Below the pieces are notes generated by a model. It ran no database searches and was not told the origin of the DNA. It was given only the letters and a program-made list of their open reading frames with translations. The translations under genes were made by a program, and so were the position numbers. From assembly GCA_964657905.1 (NCBI GenBank), contig CAZZXJ010000001.1:1-40583 (forward strand): a stretch of 40,583 nucleotides of DNA. The letters are read 5' to 3'. The DNA comes from an uncultured Stigonema sp. (lineage in GTDB: Bacteria > Cyanobacteriota > Cyanobacteriia > Cyanobacteriales > Nostocaceae). This document shows positions 27,876 to 36,684 of the stretch, in pieces; the first letter of the stretch is position 1; the number at the start of each line of letters is the position of its first letter.

Positions 27876-30800
27876 CTATACGACTCCTTCTTCATATTTG
27901 TTTTCTGCGTCGTCAACAGATACACTCCACTCTTGGGCTGCAATTCGCAACGCCTCAATGCTCTGTTGCAAACCAGCTACAGTAGGAGATGCAAAAAAAC
28001 GATTTAGGGACAACTCTATAGAGAAAGCCTCGTGCAACCGAGAAATGACTTGGTAGGCTACCAGAGAATTTCCCCCCAGTTCAAAGAAGTTGTCGTGAAT
28101 GCCGATCTGGGGTATTCCTAGAACTTCTTGCCAGCTTTGAGCAATCTGCCATTCCATCTCATTTCTAGGGGCTACAGGCAACGCTCTAGCGGCGAACCCA
28201 TCACCTGTTTCCAGACAAGTCAAGCCCCTAACCAGTAAGTTTCGAGCAATTTCGCCCCTTGAGGTGAGGGGCATTTCCGGTAGCTGCACCAAGTTACAGT
28301 TAACGGTTGTTCCGAAGCGATCTAGCACCATCAAATCTGATAAACCAAGGACGGAAGAACCGTTGCTTACCGTGAAATAGGCAGTTAATTTCTGTAACAG
28401 TCCACCCGACTCTTTAGTAAAACGTTGAATTTTTGGATTGCTGCCATCTAAACCAACAATCAGCCGTGCTTGGTCATGGTACAAACCAGCCACGAAGGAA
28501 TACAGCCCTTCTTGGGGACTCATATCATAGTAACCTTGAGCGCGGGTCAGGTCTTGCCTCTGGTAACCCTTGTTCATCCCTATTTCACGCCAGATTGTCC
28601 AAGCAAAGCAATAACTCTGCAACAAACCAATAGAGCGCTGGTATTGGTTAAAGCTTTCCAGAAAAGTGTTGGCAGCAACATAAGCGCCAATAGTAGCTCC
28701 GCCAAAGAAACTCATCAAAGACGAAAAGCTAATAAAAACCCCCTGCCCTTGGTTCACAAGCACCTGATGCAGCACCCAGCCACCTAATACTTTGGGACGA
28801 AGCATGGCGGTTAAACTCTGCCGCGTTTCATCCAAGAGCATTTGCTCCTGGTAAATTCCTGCCAGATGGATCACCCCATCCAGCTTGCATCCCCAGCGAG
28901 ACTTGACCTGTTCCACCACCTGTTGTAATCGGGTAAAATCGCAGATATCCACTGCCTCATAAACCACTGCGTCCCCAAGCTGCGTTAATTCCTGGTAAGC
29001 CTTAATTTTTGCTGACATCTCTGTAGAAACCGAAGATCCAACGTCTTTACCGGGTAGAGGAGTCCGACCTACTAATAGCAACTTGGCATTAAAGGACTTA
29101 ATCAGATACCTAGCAATTTCAACCCCAACACCTCCAAGTCCGCCGGTGATGAGATACATCCCCCCCGGTTTAAAGGCAAGTTCTTGCTTTGATTTCTTTT
29201 GCAGATCTACTTTTTCCAAGCCTGCAACTAAACGCTGTCCATCGCGGTAAGCTACCTCTTGTTCTTTTGACAAAACCTGGAGTTCTTGGAGAATATAATC
29301 CCCATTTACCTCTACTTGGTTTGGTGGCAAATCTATATGGCGACAGTTCAACCAAGGCATTTCCTGGGGAATAGTTTTGACTACACCCAAAACTGGAGAT
29401 TTCTCATAAGCTATCAAGTCTGTTGGCTGTGTGAACTGGGTATAGCTGGAAATCAACAGCAACCGGACTGAATTTTCAGAACTCTGAACTTTTGCTAAGG
29501 CTTGGACGAGGAACAACAAACTGTAAATTCCTTGCTCTTGTGCGGACTCAAGAGCCTCTAAGCTAGATATTTCTCCGCCATATTCTTGATAATTCCACAA
29601 ATGGAGAATCTGCCCGAGCAGAAGGTTATTTGCTTTTAGGGTTGAGAGCAAGAACTGATAATGATCTGCATTTGAGGGAGCTAGACAGAAGTGGTTGGAA
29701 CTAAGTTGGGCAAAATCTGACCCGGATGAAACGCATACATAAGGCAGGTTCTGTTGTTCCAATTGCTTGCATAGAAACGTCCCTAATCCTAACTGGTCGA
29801 GGAATACTAGGGTAACGTCTGTGCGGGAGAGAGTATTCAAGATCGCTGCTTTCTTACGGCGCCAGACTTTTTGGTAGAACCAGTCGGGAATCGTGTTGGC
29901 ATTGCCTAGTAATATATCAACCCGTTTAAGAATGTCGTTGAACTCACCAACCTCAAAGGACTTTCTCAGATGCGATCGCTGAATCTTGCCAATAGAGGTT
30001 TTGGGAATTGCCGACTTCTCCACCGGAACCAGATAGTCTGGATTGATGCCAATGCTTTGAACAACTTGACTGCGGATTTCTTTAGTGAGCTTGACAACCT
30101 CTGCCTCCGAGGCGACTGTGGGACTGAAGAAGATTGCTAATTTATCTGTATGGTCACTAGCACCCCGGACGGCTACGGCTGCCGTATATGAAACCTCGAC
30201 ACCACTAAGCTCTTCTACTGTCGATTCAATTTCATGACTGTAGTAGTTGGCACCGTTAATGATAATCAGATCTTTCTCGCGTCCGGTAATTGTCAGGCAT
30301 CCCTGGTTGATCAAAGCTAAGTCTCCAGTTCTGAACCATCCATCTTCCGTAAAAACTTCCCGGTTCAATTCTTCGTTATTATAATACCCTGACATTACAG
30401 TCTTTCCACTGACCTGTAGAGAACCAATGGTATCTTCACATACCACCTGGTTGTGACTATCGACAATCCGCAATTTTACTCCGGGAATCGGTGTTCCCAC
30501 GCACACAAATGAATCATCATCTGTTGATAACACCGAAAAGTTATTTGAGTAGGTGACACCACTAGACACTTCCGCCATACCCCAAGCAGGGTGCATGGCA
30601 CTTGGGCTGAGCTGATGAGGAGCAAGCAGTTCCAAAAACCGCCTCGCTGTCTTCGCGACGATGGATTCAGCTCCGTTCAAGACAAATTTCAGACACGATA
30701 AATCCCAATGCCGTTGGCTAATCTCTGAGGCTAAGTTATTGATCAGCCCAAAAGCGAAGTTGGGGGCAAAGGTGATGGTGACTCGATGTTGCTCAATCCC

Positions 30801-32357
30801 ATCCAGCCACAAGAGAGGTTCACGTAGAACCAGTTGGGCGGGAACCTGGATTTGTTGGCAACCTAAATAAACGTCCCGAATCTGGAAATATATGATGCCC
30901 GCAACATGATCCAGAGGCATCCAGTTTAAAGTCACATCATCCCGGGAAAAACCGTTCATTTGAATCGAGCCAACCGTTCTACTTAACAGATTTTCATGGC
31001 TGAGCACGACGCCTTTAGGCATACCCGTGCTTCCGGAAGTGAGAACTAGCAGCGCCATATCATCCGGCGGGCTAACATGCCAATTTTGGTCATGTTCACA
31101 CCGACGCAAGTTATCAACCGTCGTCAGTTGAAAGTTTTCTTTCTTCAATCCCTTTGACCAGGAATTAATCGCCTCTGCTTGAGTTGCACTTGTCAGCACT
31201 ATTGGTCGCCCCAGCATCAGCCAAGCATTCTCCAGCTTGCGAGTGGCACTATTGTCTTGCAAGTAGGTCGGGGCGATTGCTATTGGCACTGGAACAAAGC
31301 CCCCCAGCACACAACCCCAAAAGGCAGGGATGAAATCTTGATTTTGCTCCAACTGGAAAATCACCTTGTCCTGTGGCTTCAAACCCAGCTTTCTTAATCC
31401 CGCTAGAATTCGCTGCGCTTCCCGTAGTAAATCCCCATAAGATTGATTGATCTGGCTGCCATCTGACTGGATGTAGACGATTCCTTTGGTTGGACTGTGT
31501 TGGGCTGCCCGGTGTAGGGCTTGTGCTAGAGTCGTCGGGGCATCAGCAGGAAGCTGTAGTGGTTCACCATGACTGACGGCTGGCTTGTTTGACCCGGATT
31601 TGTTTTTGCTCGTCTCTGGATGCGTTGGGGATCCTGTAAGCAAGTCGCTCCCATTGCCGACGACGGCTTGACAATCACCTAGCAAATCTGATATATGCAG
31701 CGGCGGCAAGCGAGACACCTGCTCTTGAACTACCACCGCCACCTGTTCAATAGATGGCTGCGTGAGCAGTTGCTCTTCCCATCTTGACACCAAATCGGAG
31801 TCAATTACCGGAAGACGCGCCAAGGCAAGTTCATCCACCTCTCCCGTGGCCGTCAGTGGCAGGGTGGACAACGGTACATAGGCGCACGGTAGCACAGCGG
31901 CGGGGATAATAGCTTGCAAATGGGATTGCAGATGTTCTGGATTGAAGGCTCCTTTTAAAACTATGTAAGCCACCAGTTGCAGACCTTCTGTTTCTGTTTC
32001 CCGCACCAGCACCCAGGCGTCCTCTACCGCAGGTGTCATTAATAACGCAGCTTCCACTTCCTGAAGGTCTACCCGGTTTCCTTTAATCAAGGTATGGCAA
32101 TTGCCTGAACCTAGCTGGGCAAATGACAGAGGCTTGTCCCCCTCTCCTGAGACTCTTACACGGGGTAGGTCAGTATCACTTGCACTCATGTTGCACAAGC
32201 GCAGCAACATAATAAGCTCAGTCTCATACTTACTCAGTAAATCACGTAGCTCTAGTGTCAGTACTCCCTTGGGATCGCCTATGCGTAACTCGTCACCATC
32301 AGCGCACAGATTGACACCCTGCTCGGAGAGTTCAGCTATTAATTGATTAAGGTTCAT
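27876..32357 (-). CDS. NRPS-like protein: TubC_N-like docking, C-domain scar, vestigial A_sub, FAAL-like acyl-AMP ligase, KR, T
   Basis: 1493 aa. First gene of the operon. Docking domain: nt 32202-32357 (LIAELSEQGVNLCADGDELRIGDPKG). C1-motif scar PLSFAQ: nt 32115-32132, fused directly to the A8-like IKGNRVDLQEVEAALL. Vestigial A_sub: nt 31818-32096 (PLTATGEVDE, no Lys). AL: nt 29943-31574 (LVLTSGSTGMPKGV, TFAPNFAF, WGMAEVS, GWFRTGDLAL..GREKDLIIINGANYY, IPKTSIGKIQR). KR: nt 28383-29915 (GGMYLITGGLGGVG, VIHLAG, YVAANTFLE). A10-like remnant: nt 28230-28322 (VQLPEMPLTSRGEIARN). T: nt 27948-28169 (GGNSL). Confidence 0.9.
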   Translation of the reverse strand: MNLNQLIAELSEQGVNLCADGDELRIGDPKGVLTLELRDLLSKYETELIMLLRLCNMSASDTDLPRVRVSGEGDKPLSFAQLGSGNCHTLIKGNRVDLQEVEAALLMTPAVEDAWVLVRETETEGLQLVAYIVLKGAFNPEHLQSHLQAIIPAAVLPCAYVPLSTLPLTATGEVDELALARLPVIDSDLVSRWEEQLLTQPSIEQVAVVVQEQVSRLPPLHISDLLGDCQAVVGNGSDLLTGSPTHPETSKNKSGSNKPAVSHGEPLQLPADAPTTLAQALHRAAQHSPTKGIVYIQSDGSQINQSYGDLLREAQRILAGLRKLGLKPQDKVIFQLEQNQDFIPAFWGCVLGGFVPVPIAIAPTYLQDNSATRKLENAWLMLGRPIVLTSATQAEAINSWSKGLKKENFQLTTVDNLRRCEHDQNWHVSPPDDMALLVLTSGSTGMPKGVVLSHENLLSRTVGSIQMNGFSRDDVTLNWMPLDHVAGIIYFQIRDVYLGCQQIQVPAQLVLREPLLWLDGIEQHRVTITFAPNFAFGLINNLASEISQRHWDLSCLKFVLNGAESIVAKTARRFLELLAPHQLSPSAMHPAWGMAEVSSGVTYSNNFSVLSTDDDSFVCVGTPIPGVKLRIVDSHNQVVCEDTIGSLQVSGKTVMSGYYNNEELNREVFTEDGWFRTGDLALINQGCLTITGREKDLIIINGANYYSHEIESTVEELSGVEVSYTAAVAVRGASDHTDKLAIFFSPTVASEAEVVKLTKEIRSQVVQSIGINPDYLVPVEKSAIPKTSIGKIQRSHLRKSFEVGEFNDILKRVDILLGNANTIPDWFYQKVWRRKKAAILNTLSRTDVTLVFLDQLGLGTFLCKQLEQQNLPYVCVSSGSDFAQLSSNHFCLAPSNADHYQFLLSTLKANNLLLGQILHLWNYQEYGGEISSLEALESAQEQGIYSLLFLVQALAKVQSSENSVRLLLISSYTQFTQPTDLIAYEKSPVLGVVKTIPQEMPWLNCRHIDLPPNQVEVNGDYILQELQVLSKEQEVAYRDGQRLVAGLEKVDLQKKSKQELAFKPGGMYLITGGLGGVGVEIARYLIKSFNAKLLLVGRTPLPGKDVGSSVSTEMSAKIKAYQELTQLGDAVVYEAVDICDFTRLQQVVEQVKSRWGCKLDGVIHLAGIYQEQMLLDETRQSLTAMLRPKVLGGWVLHQVLVNQGQGVFISFSSLMSFFGGATIGAYVAANTFLESFNQYQRSIGLLQSYCFAWTIWREIGMNKGYQRQDLTRAQGYYDMSPQEGLYSFVAGLYHDQARLIVGLDGSNPKIQRFTKESGGLLQKLTAYFTVSNGSSVLGLSDLMVLDRFGTTVNCNLVQLPEMPLTSRGEIARNLLVRGLTCLETGDGFAARALPVAPRNEMEWQIAQSWQEVLGIPQIGIHDNFFELGGNSLVAYQVISRLHEAFSIELSLNRFFASPTVAGLQQSIEALRIAAQEWSVSVDDAENKYEEGVV
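28383..31574 (-). other. AL-KR cassette, copy 1
   Basis: See the motifs listed for CDS 27876..32357. The flanks of the AL are near-identical at nucleotide level to copy 2, while its core (about 30250-31075) is divergent. Confidence 0.8.
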
Positions 32358-32806
32358 CGGGTAATTTATTCCGTCTTTTCACTACAATGGGTAGCTAATA
32401 GTAGTTTTATCTTTTACAACTCTATTTGCTTAAGTGATAGCTCTGCTAAATGCTTTAACCCTACATGGTTCTTAGTGTGTACACGTTTACCCAGCATCTC
32501 GCTCTTGATACGATTACTTAGATAAACAGCCATTAAAGAGTCAAGCCTCAGTTGAATCAGCGATCGCGTGACGTCCTACTTATTGAGGTAAATTTCCATT
32601 ATCCTTGCTACTTTTTGGGTAATGCGATTTTTAAACAACAGAGGTCGCGCCTTATTAACATGATCTTATACTTGGTTAGTTTCCTCCGCTATTGTGTAAT
32701 TTTAAGTACTTTAATTTATGTATCTATCTATCTAAAGGCATAGGTTGTTAATAACATGATCATCCACACCTAGTTAAGTCGTTGGACAGAATTAATTACA
32801 CAATAT

Positions 32807-32922
32807 CCGCCGCGAGTGAAACGAAGTGAAAGGTAGCAATTGCAAGGGTTTGGCATTGCTACTCTTCGACAAGCCGCTGACGCTCCTTCGTCACTAACGC
32901 GTCTACACTTCCTTCGCGGCGG
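32807..32922. repeat. About 116-nt imperfect long-hairpin repeat element (ccgccgcga ... tcgcggcgg)
   Basis: The outer arms ccgccgcga (32807-32815) and tcgcggcgg (32914-32922) are perfect complements, and the inner gaagtg/cacttc also pairs. The interior shares segments, in inverted orientation, with the element at 2254-2404, and shares CGCCGCGAG with the 39-nt repeats at 1982 and 2092. Confidence 0.6.
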
Positions 32923-33232
32923 ACTATAAATATTTTTGTCCAGCTACTTAGTTGCATTCATCTGCGCAGGCAATCTAAGGAAAAGTAATTTTACGCAGAT
33001 ATCAGGTACTCATTTTTTAATGACCTAAGTATTACTTATGCTCCTGTAGCAGCGCCAGACTCTTGGCAAAGAGTGCTAACTTTTATTGAAGAAGATATTG
33101 GGTAGAGAAGACTGTTGTCATCGTCGGGGCAGGACCTACTGGTGCAACGCTTGCAGTATATCAAGTCCGTCTTTACATTTTTTCAAACACTCGTTATTAT
33201 TATTTATGTAAGCATTTACTTGCATGCATTAA

Positions 33233-33844
33233 ATGAACAAAACCATACGTTCTCCAGCCCTGACCCGTGCGCGGTTGATAGAAGCTGCCACCCAAGTGTT
33301 TGCCTCTGCGGGTGTTCAAGGAGCAACAACCCGTGAAATTGCTCGTGTTGCAGGCGTGAATGAGGTGACTTTGTTTCGTCATTTCGCCAGCAAAGAACAA
33401 CTATTGGAGGCAGTGATTGAAAATGTGTTGGCGCTACAGACAGAAGCCCTAGCGCACCCAGAAGAATGGACGCAGGATCTTCGCCTTGACTTAAAGCACT
33501 ACGCCCAGCTATACAACTCCATGTTGGAGGCGCAAGAAGATTTAATTCGTACCTTTATTGGGGAAGCCAAAAGGCATCCTGAGGCAGCGCGGCGAGTCAT
33601 CCAAGAAGCTGCCAGGTCTATGAAAGAAAAACTGGTGGCTTATCTGCGCAGCGGTCAGACAAGAGGAACGGTACGACCAGACCTTGATCTGGTTCCAGCC
33701 ATAGATATTTTTATCGGTATGCTTTTAGCCGGAATGCTGCGTCGCAGTGCAGCGCTAAATCTTCTCTATAGCCGTGAAGACTATATCGAGAATTGCGTGG
33801 ATATTTTTGTGCGCGGTATCAGTGCCACTTCCCGATTCCTATGA
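33233..33844 (+). CDS. TetR/AcrR-family transcriptional regulator
   Basis: 203 aa. N-terminal HTH signature RLIEAATQVFASAGVQGATTREIARVAGVNEVTLFRHFASKEQLL. Its stop overlaps the downstream start (ATGA at 33841-33844). Confidence 0.9.
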   Translation: MNKTIRSPALTRARLIEAATQVFASAGVQGATTREIARVAGVNEVTLFRHFASKEQLLEAVIENVLALQTEALAHPEEWTQDLRLDLKHYAQLYNSMLEAQEDLIRTFIGEAKRHPEAARRVIQEAARSMKEKLVAYLRSGQTRGTVRPDLDLVPAIDIFIGMLLAGMLRRSAALNLLYSREDYIENCVDIFVRGISATSRFL

Positions 33845-35454
33845 CTACAATCTCCAACCGTCCAACTTCTCATAAAGCTAAACCTTCAACTCCTACACCG
33901 TCTGGTTATGTCTACGGACCACGTCGGTGGGCGATCGCAGCCACGGCTTCTCTAGGAGCCATTCTAGAAGTGATTGACACCAGCATTGTCAATGTTGCCC
34001 TGACAGACATTCAAGCGAGTTTGGGAGCAACAATTACTGAAGTTGGCTGGGTCGTAACCTCATATGCGATCGCCAACGTTATCCTGATTCCTTTAACCGC
34101 TTGGCTAGGAGATTATTTTGGCAAGAAGACTTACTTCATCTTCTCACTCATTGGCTTTACCATTTCCTCGGTAATGTGCGGTGTGTCCTCTAATCTCGCG
34201 ATGCTGATTATTTCACGCATTATTCAAGGTTTATGCGGTGGAGGGTTGCTTGCCAAAGCTCAAGCAATCCTCTTCGAGACCTTCCCACCTGAAGAGCAAG
34301 GCGTCGCCCAAGCGGTTTTTGGCGTTGGGGTGATTGCTGGTCCTGCCATTGGTCCGACTCTTGGGGGATATTTGACCGATGGTCTAGGTTGGCGCTGGAT
34401 CTTCTTTGTCAATATTCCCTTTGGCATCTTGGCTGTGGCAATGGCTTGGACATTTTTACTAAAGGACAAAAACAAAGGTGAGCAGCAAAACCGCAGCGTT
34501 GATTGGTGGGGAATTGCGCTTTTGGTGATTGCCGTAGGCAGCTTCCAGACTGTGTTAGAGGAAGGGCAGAAAGACTACTGGTTTGAATCTATTTTCATTT
34601 CCACCCTAACAATGGTTGGTTTCATTGGACTAGGACTATTTATATGGCGCGAACTCTCAGCTAAACATCCTGCGGTTGACTTAAGGGTACTGCGTCACCG
34701 TTCCCTAGCTGCTGGGAGTCTTTACTCAGGAATTCTTGGTATGGGACTTTACGGAGCGCTCTTTGTCGTACCGATCTTTGCCCAGAGTATACTCCAATTT
34801 ACGGCAACGCAGACGGGACTATTGCTGGCTCCTGGAGCCTTAGCTTCAGCAATTACGATGATTATGTTAGGCAAGTTATCGGGTAAAGTCGATGCCAGAC
34901 TGCTGATTGCTAGCGGCGCTATTGGCATGGCGTTAGTCATGTTTCAACTGTCAAGCATCACCCCACAGACAGGGACAGATGATTTATTCTGGCCGATGAT
35001 AGAGCGCGGAGCGGTTACAGTTTTGATGTTTCTCCCCCTAAGTCTCGCAAGTTTGGCTCCCCTACCTAAAGAGGATATTTCAGCAGGGTCTGGCTTTTAC
35101 AATCTCACCCGTCAATTAGGGGGTAGCGTGGGAATTGCCATACTGACGATGCTGCTTGATCGACGGGAGGCTTTCCACCGAGCGATGCTGGTGACTCATG
35201 TTACTCCTTACGATCCAGAAACAAATCAGCGCCTCGACTTGTTGACAGGGCTATTTCAGAGCCAGGGGATGGATGCTGTCACCGCTCATCAGCAGGCACT
35301 AACCGTAATTGATCAGACGATTAATCAACAAGCTGCCGTTTTGTCTTTCGCTGACATCTTTCGGGTGGTCGGAGTTGTGTTTCTGTGCTCACTGCCTCTG
35401 TTGCTATTCTTGGGTAAAGGCGGTGCTGGTGCTAAAGCTCCAGCTGCTCACTAA
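33841..35454 (+). CDS. DHA2 (EmrB/QacA-type, 14-TMS) MFS efflux transporter
   Basis: The ORF track starts at 33793. The in-frame ATG at 33841 overlaps the TetR stop by 4 nt and is the preferred start. Typical EmrB-like segments are present: IVNVALTDIQASLGAT, AWLGDYFGKKTYFIFSLIGFTISSVMCG, LGGYLTDGLGWRWIFFVNIPFG. Many hydrophobic spans. Confidence 0.88.
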   Translation: MTTISNRPTSHKAKPSTPTPSGYVYGPRRWAIAATASLGAILEVIDTSIVNVALTDIQASLGATITEVGWVVTSYAIANVILIPLTAWLGDYFGKKTYFIFSLIGFTISSVMCGVSSNLAMLIISRIIQGLCGGGLLAKAQAILFETFPPEEQGVAQAVFGVGVIAGPAIGPTLGGYLTDGLGWRWIFFVNIPFGILAVAMAWTFLLKDKNKGEQQNRSVDWWGIALLVIAVGSFQTVLEEGQKDYWFESIFISTLTMVGFIGLGLFIWRELSAKHPAVDLRVLRHRSLAAGSLYSGILGMGLYGALFVVPIFAQSILQFTATQTGLLLAPGALASAITMIMLGKLSGKVDARLLIASGAIGMALVMFQLSSITPQTGTDDLFWPMIERGAVTVLMFLPLSLASLAPLPKEDISAGSGFYNLTRQLGGSVGIAILTMLLDRREAFHRAMLVTHVTPYDPETNQRLDLLTGLFQSQGMDAVTAHQQALTVIDQTINQQAAVLSFADIFRVVGVVFLCSLPLLLFLGKGGAGAKAPAAH

Positions 35455-35560
35455 TCGCTCCATCTTCATTTCATTCCCTGGATTGAGGTTTTTTCCGACT
35501 GTTGTGCTTAAGTTTCATTATGAAGACTCTATTTAACAGCAATTGCCTTGGAATCACACT

Positions 35561-36073
35561 ATGAATTATCTTGTTGCAGTTCTACCAGCTCGGATACAGG
35601 CAGAAGAAGCTTACTCTGCCTTAGAAAAAGAAGGTCTACCCACCAATCAAATTGACATTTTAGGTAGGGGATACAAAAGTGCTGATGAGTATGGGTTGAT
35701 CGACCCTAATCAGCAAGCAAAGAAAGGGGCAACCCGCCTGTCATCCTGGCTGATTCCCTTCGGTTTTGTGGCGGGTTACGCCTTCAACCTATTGACAGTT
35801 ATTGAGATATTTCCCATTGGCAATCTTGGTAATCACTTCATTGGTGGACTTTTAGGAGCCGGTGCTGGTGCAATGGGAGCATACTTCGTCGGCGGTGGAG
35901 TCGGTTTAACGGTTGGTAGTGGAGACGCTTTACCCTACCGTAACCGCCTTGATGAGGGTAAGTATCTGATCGTAGTCAAAGGAACTGAAGAATTAATCCG
36001 TCAGGCTACTCGCATTCTACGACAATTTGATCCGGAGAACCTGCAAGGGTACGTTGAGCCAACCGGAGCCTAG
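35561..36073 (+). CDS. Small membrane protein with a glycine-zipper segment
   Basis: The ATG at 35561 (MNYLVAV...) is preferred over the TTG at 35543 in the ORF track. It has a central hydrophobic region plus a glycine zipper (GGLLGAGAGAMGAYFVGGGVGLTVGSG), flanked by soluble alpha/beta-like ends. Same strand as TetR-MFS, 106 nt downstream. Confidence 0.65.
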   Translation: MNYLVAVLPARIQAEEAYSALEKEGLPTNQIDILGRGYKSADEYGLIDPNQQAKKGATRLSSWLIPFGFVAGYAFNLLTVIEIFPIGNLGNHFIGGLLGAGAGAMGAYFVGGGVGLTVGSGDALPYRNRLDEGKYLIVVKGTEELIRQATRILRQFDPENLQGYVEPTGA

Positions 36074-36105
36074 GCTACAGACCGGGTAGACAATTTCATC
36101 ACCAG

Positions 36106-36576
36106 TTATGCTTGTGCAGTGCGTCGTCCCTTCTTCTCAAAATACTGCTGATGCTCTTGGCCTGCTAAGTAGTACTGACGGCTCTGTGTAATCTCCGTCA
36201 CAATATCCTGAGCAAATCTGCCGCACATCTGAAGCTTTGCCTTGGACCGCTTCGCCGCTTCTTCCTGTTGGACATTGTGGAAAAAGATCACAGACCTGTA
36301 CTGTTCCCCTCGGTCTGGTCCTTGGCGGTTGAGCGTCGTCGGGTCATGGATATCCCAAAACACCCTCAGCAAATCATCGTAACTCACATACTTAGGGTCA
36401 TACTCTAATTGCACCACCTCGGCGTGACCCGTTATCCTCGATAACACATCCAAATAGCACGGATTCGGAAAATGCCCTCCCATGTAGCCGACTGAAGTGG
36501 AGACGACTCCCTCTATTTTACCAAACGCCGCCTCCACGCCCCAAAAACAGCCAGCCCCAAACGTCGCCTTTTCCAT
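36106..36576 (-). CDS. msrA: Peptide-methionine (S)-S-oxide reductase MsrA
   Basis: 156 aa. The N-terminal active-site motif GAGCFWGVE and the conserved GHAEVVQLEYDP and DPTTLNRQGPDRGEQYRS segments are characteristic of MsrA. Confidence 0.92.
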   Translation of the reverse strand: MEKATFGAGCFWGVEAAFGKIEGVVSTSVGYMGGHFPNPCYLDVLSRITGHAEVVQLEYDPKYVSYDDLLRVFWDIHDPTTLNRQGPDRGEQYRSVIFFHNVQQEEAAKRSKAKLQMCGRFAQDIVTEITQSRQYYLAGQEHQQYFEKKGRRTAQA

Positions 36577-36659
36577 TGATGTTGTGTCCTCGAACTCGTG
36601 AATGGTAAATCCTGCGTCTTCTTACAGCAGTTTTCAATTGAACCCGTGGCACATTGTCA

Positions 36660-36678
36660 GGGCGGGGGAACCCCGCCC
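36660..36678 (-). terminator. GC-rich hairpin (gggcgggg-gaa-ccccgccc) just downstream of the SDR gene; possible terminator
   Basis: 8-bp perfect stem with a 3-nt loop, 6 nt past the stop codon of CDS 36685..37527 on the minus strand. There is no U-tract, so it is not a canonical intrinsic terminator. Confidence 0.35.
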
Positions 36679-36684
36679 CTACGG

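Noticed and set aside
32515-32544. Candidate sigma70-type promoter for the BGC operon (minus strand: TTGACT, 18 nt, TAAGTA)
   Set aside because: The -10 match is poor, and the AT-rich region offers many equally weak candidates. It is not reportable without transcription start site data.
32552-33336. Two small plus-strand ORFs in the divergent intergenic region that share the hexapeptide YVSIYL encoded by different codons
   Set aside because: The region is AT-rich and low-complexity, both ORFs lack a ribosome-binding site, and one overlaps the tetR start. A six-residue match among Y/I/L/S/V-rich translations is plausibly chance.
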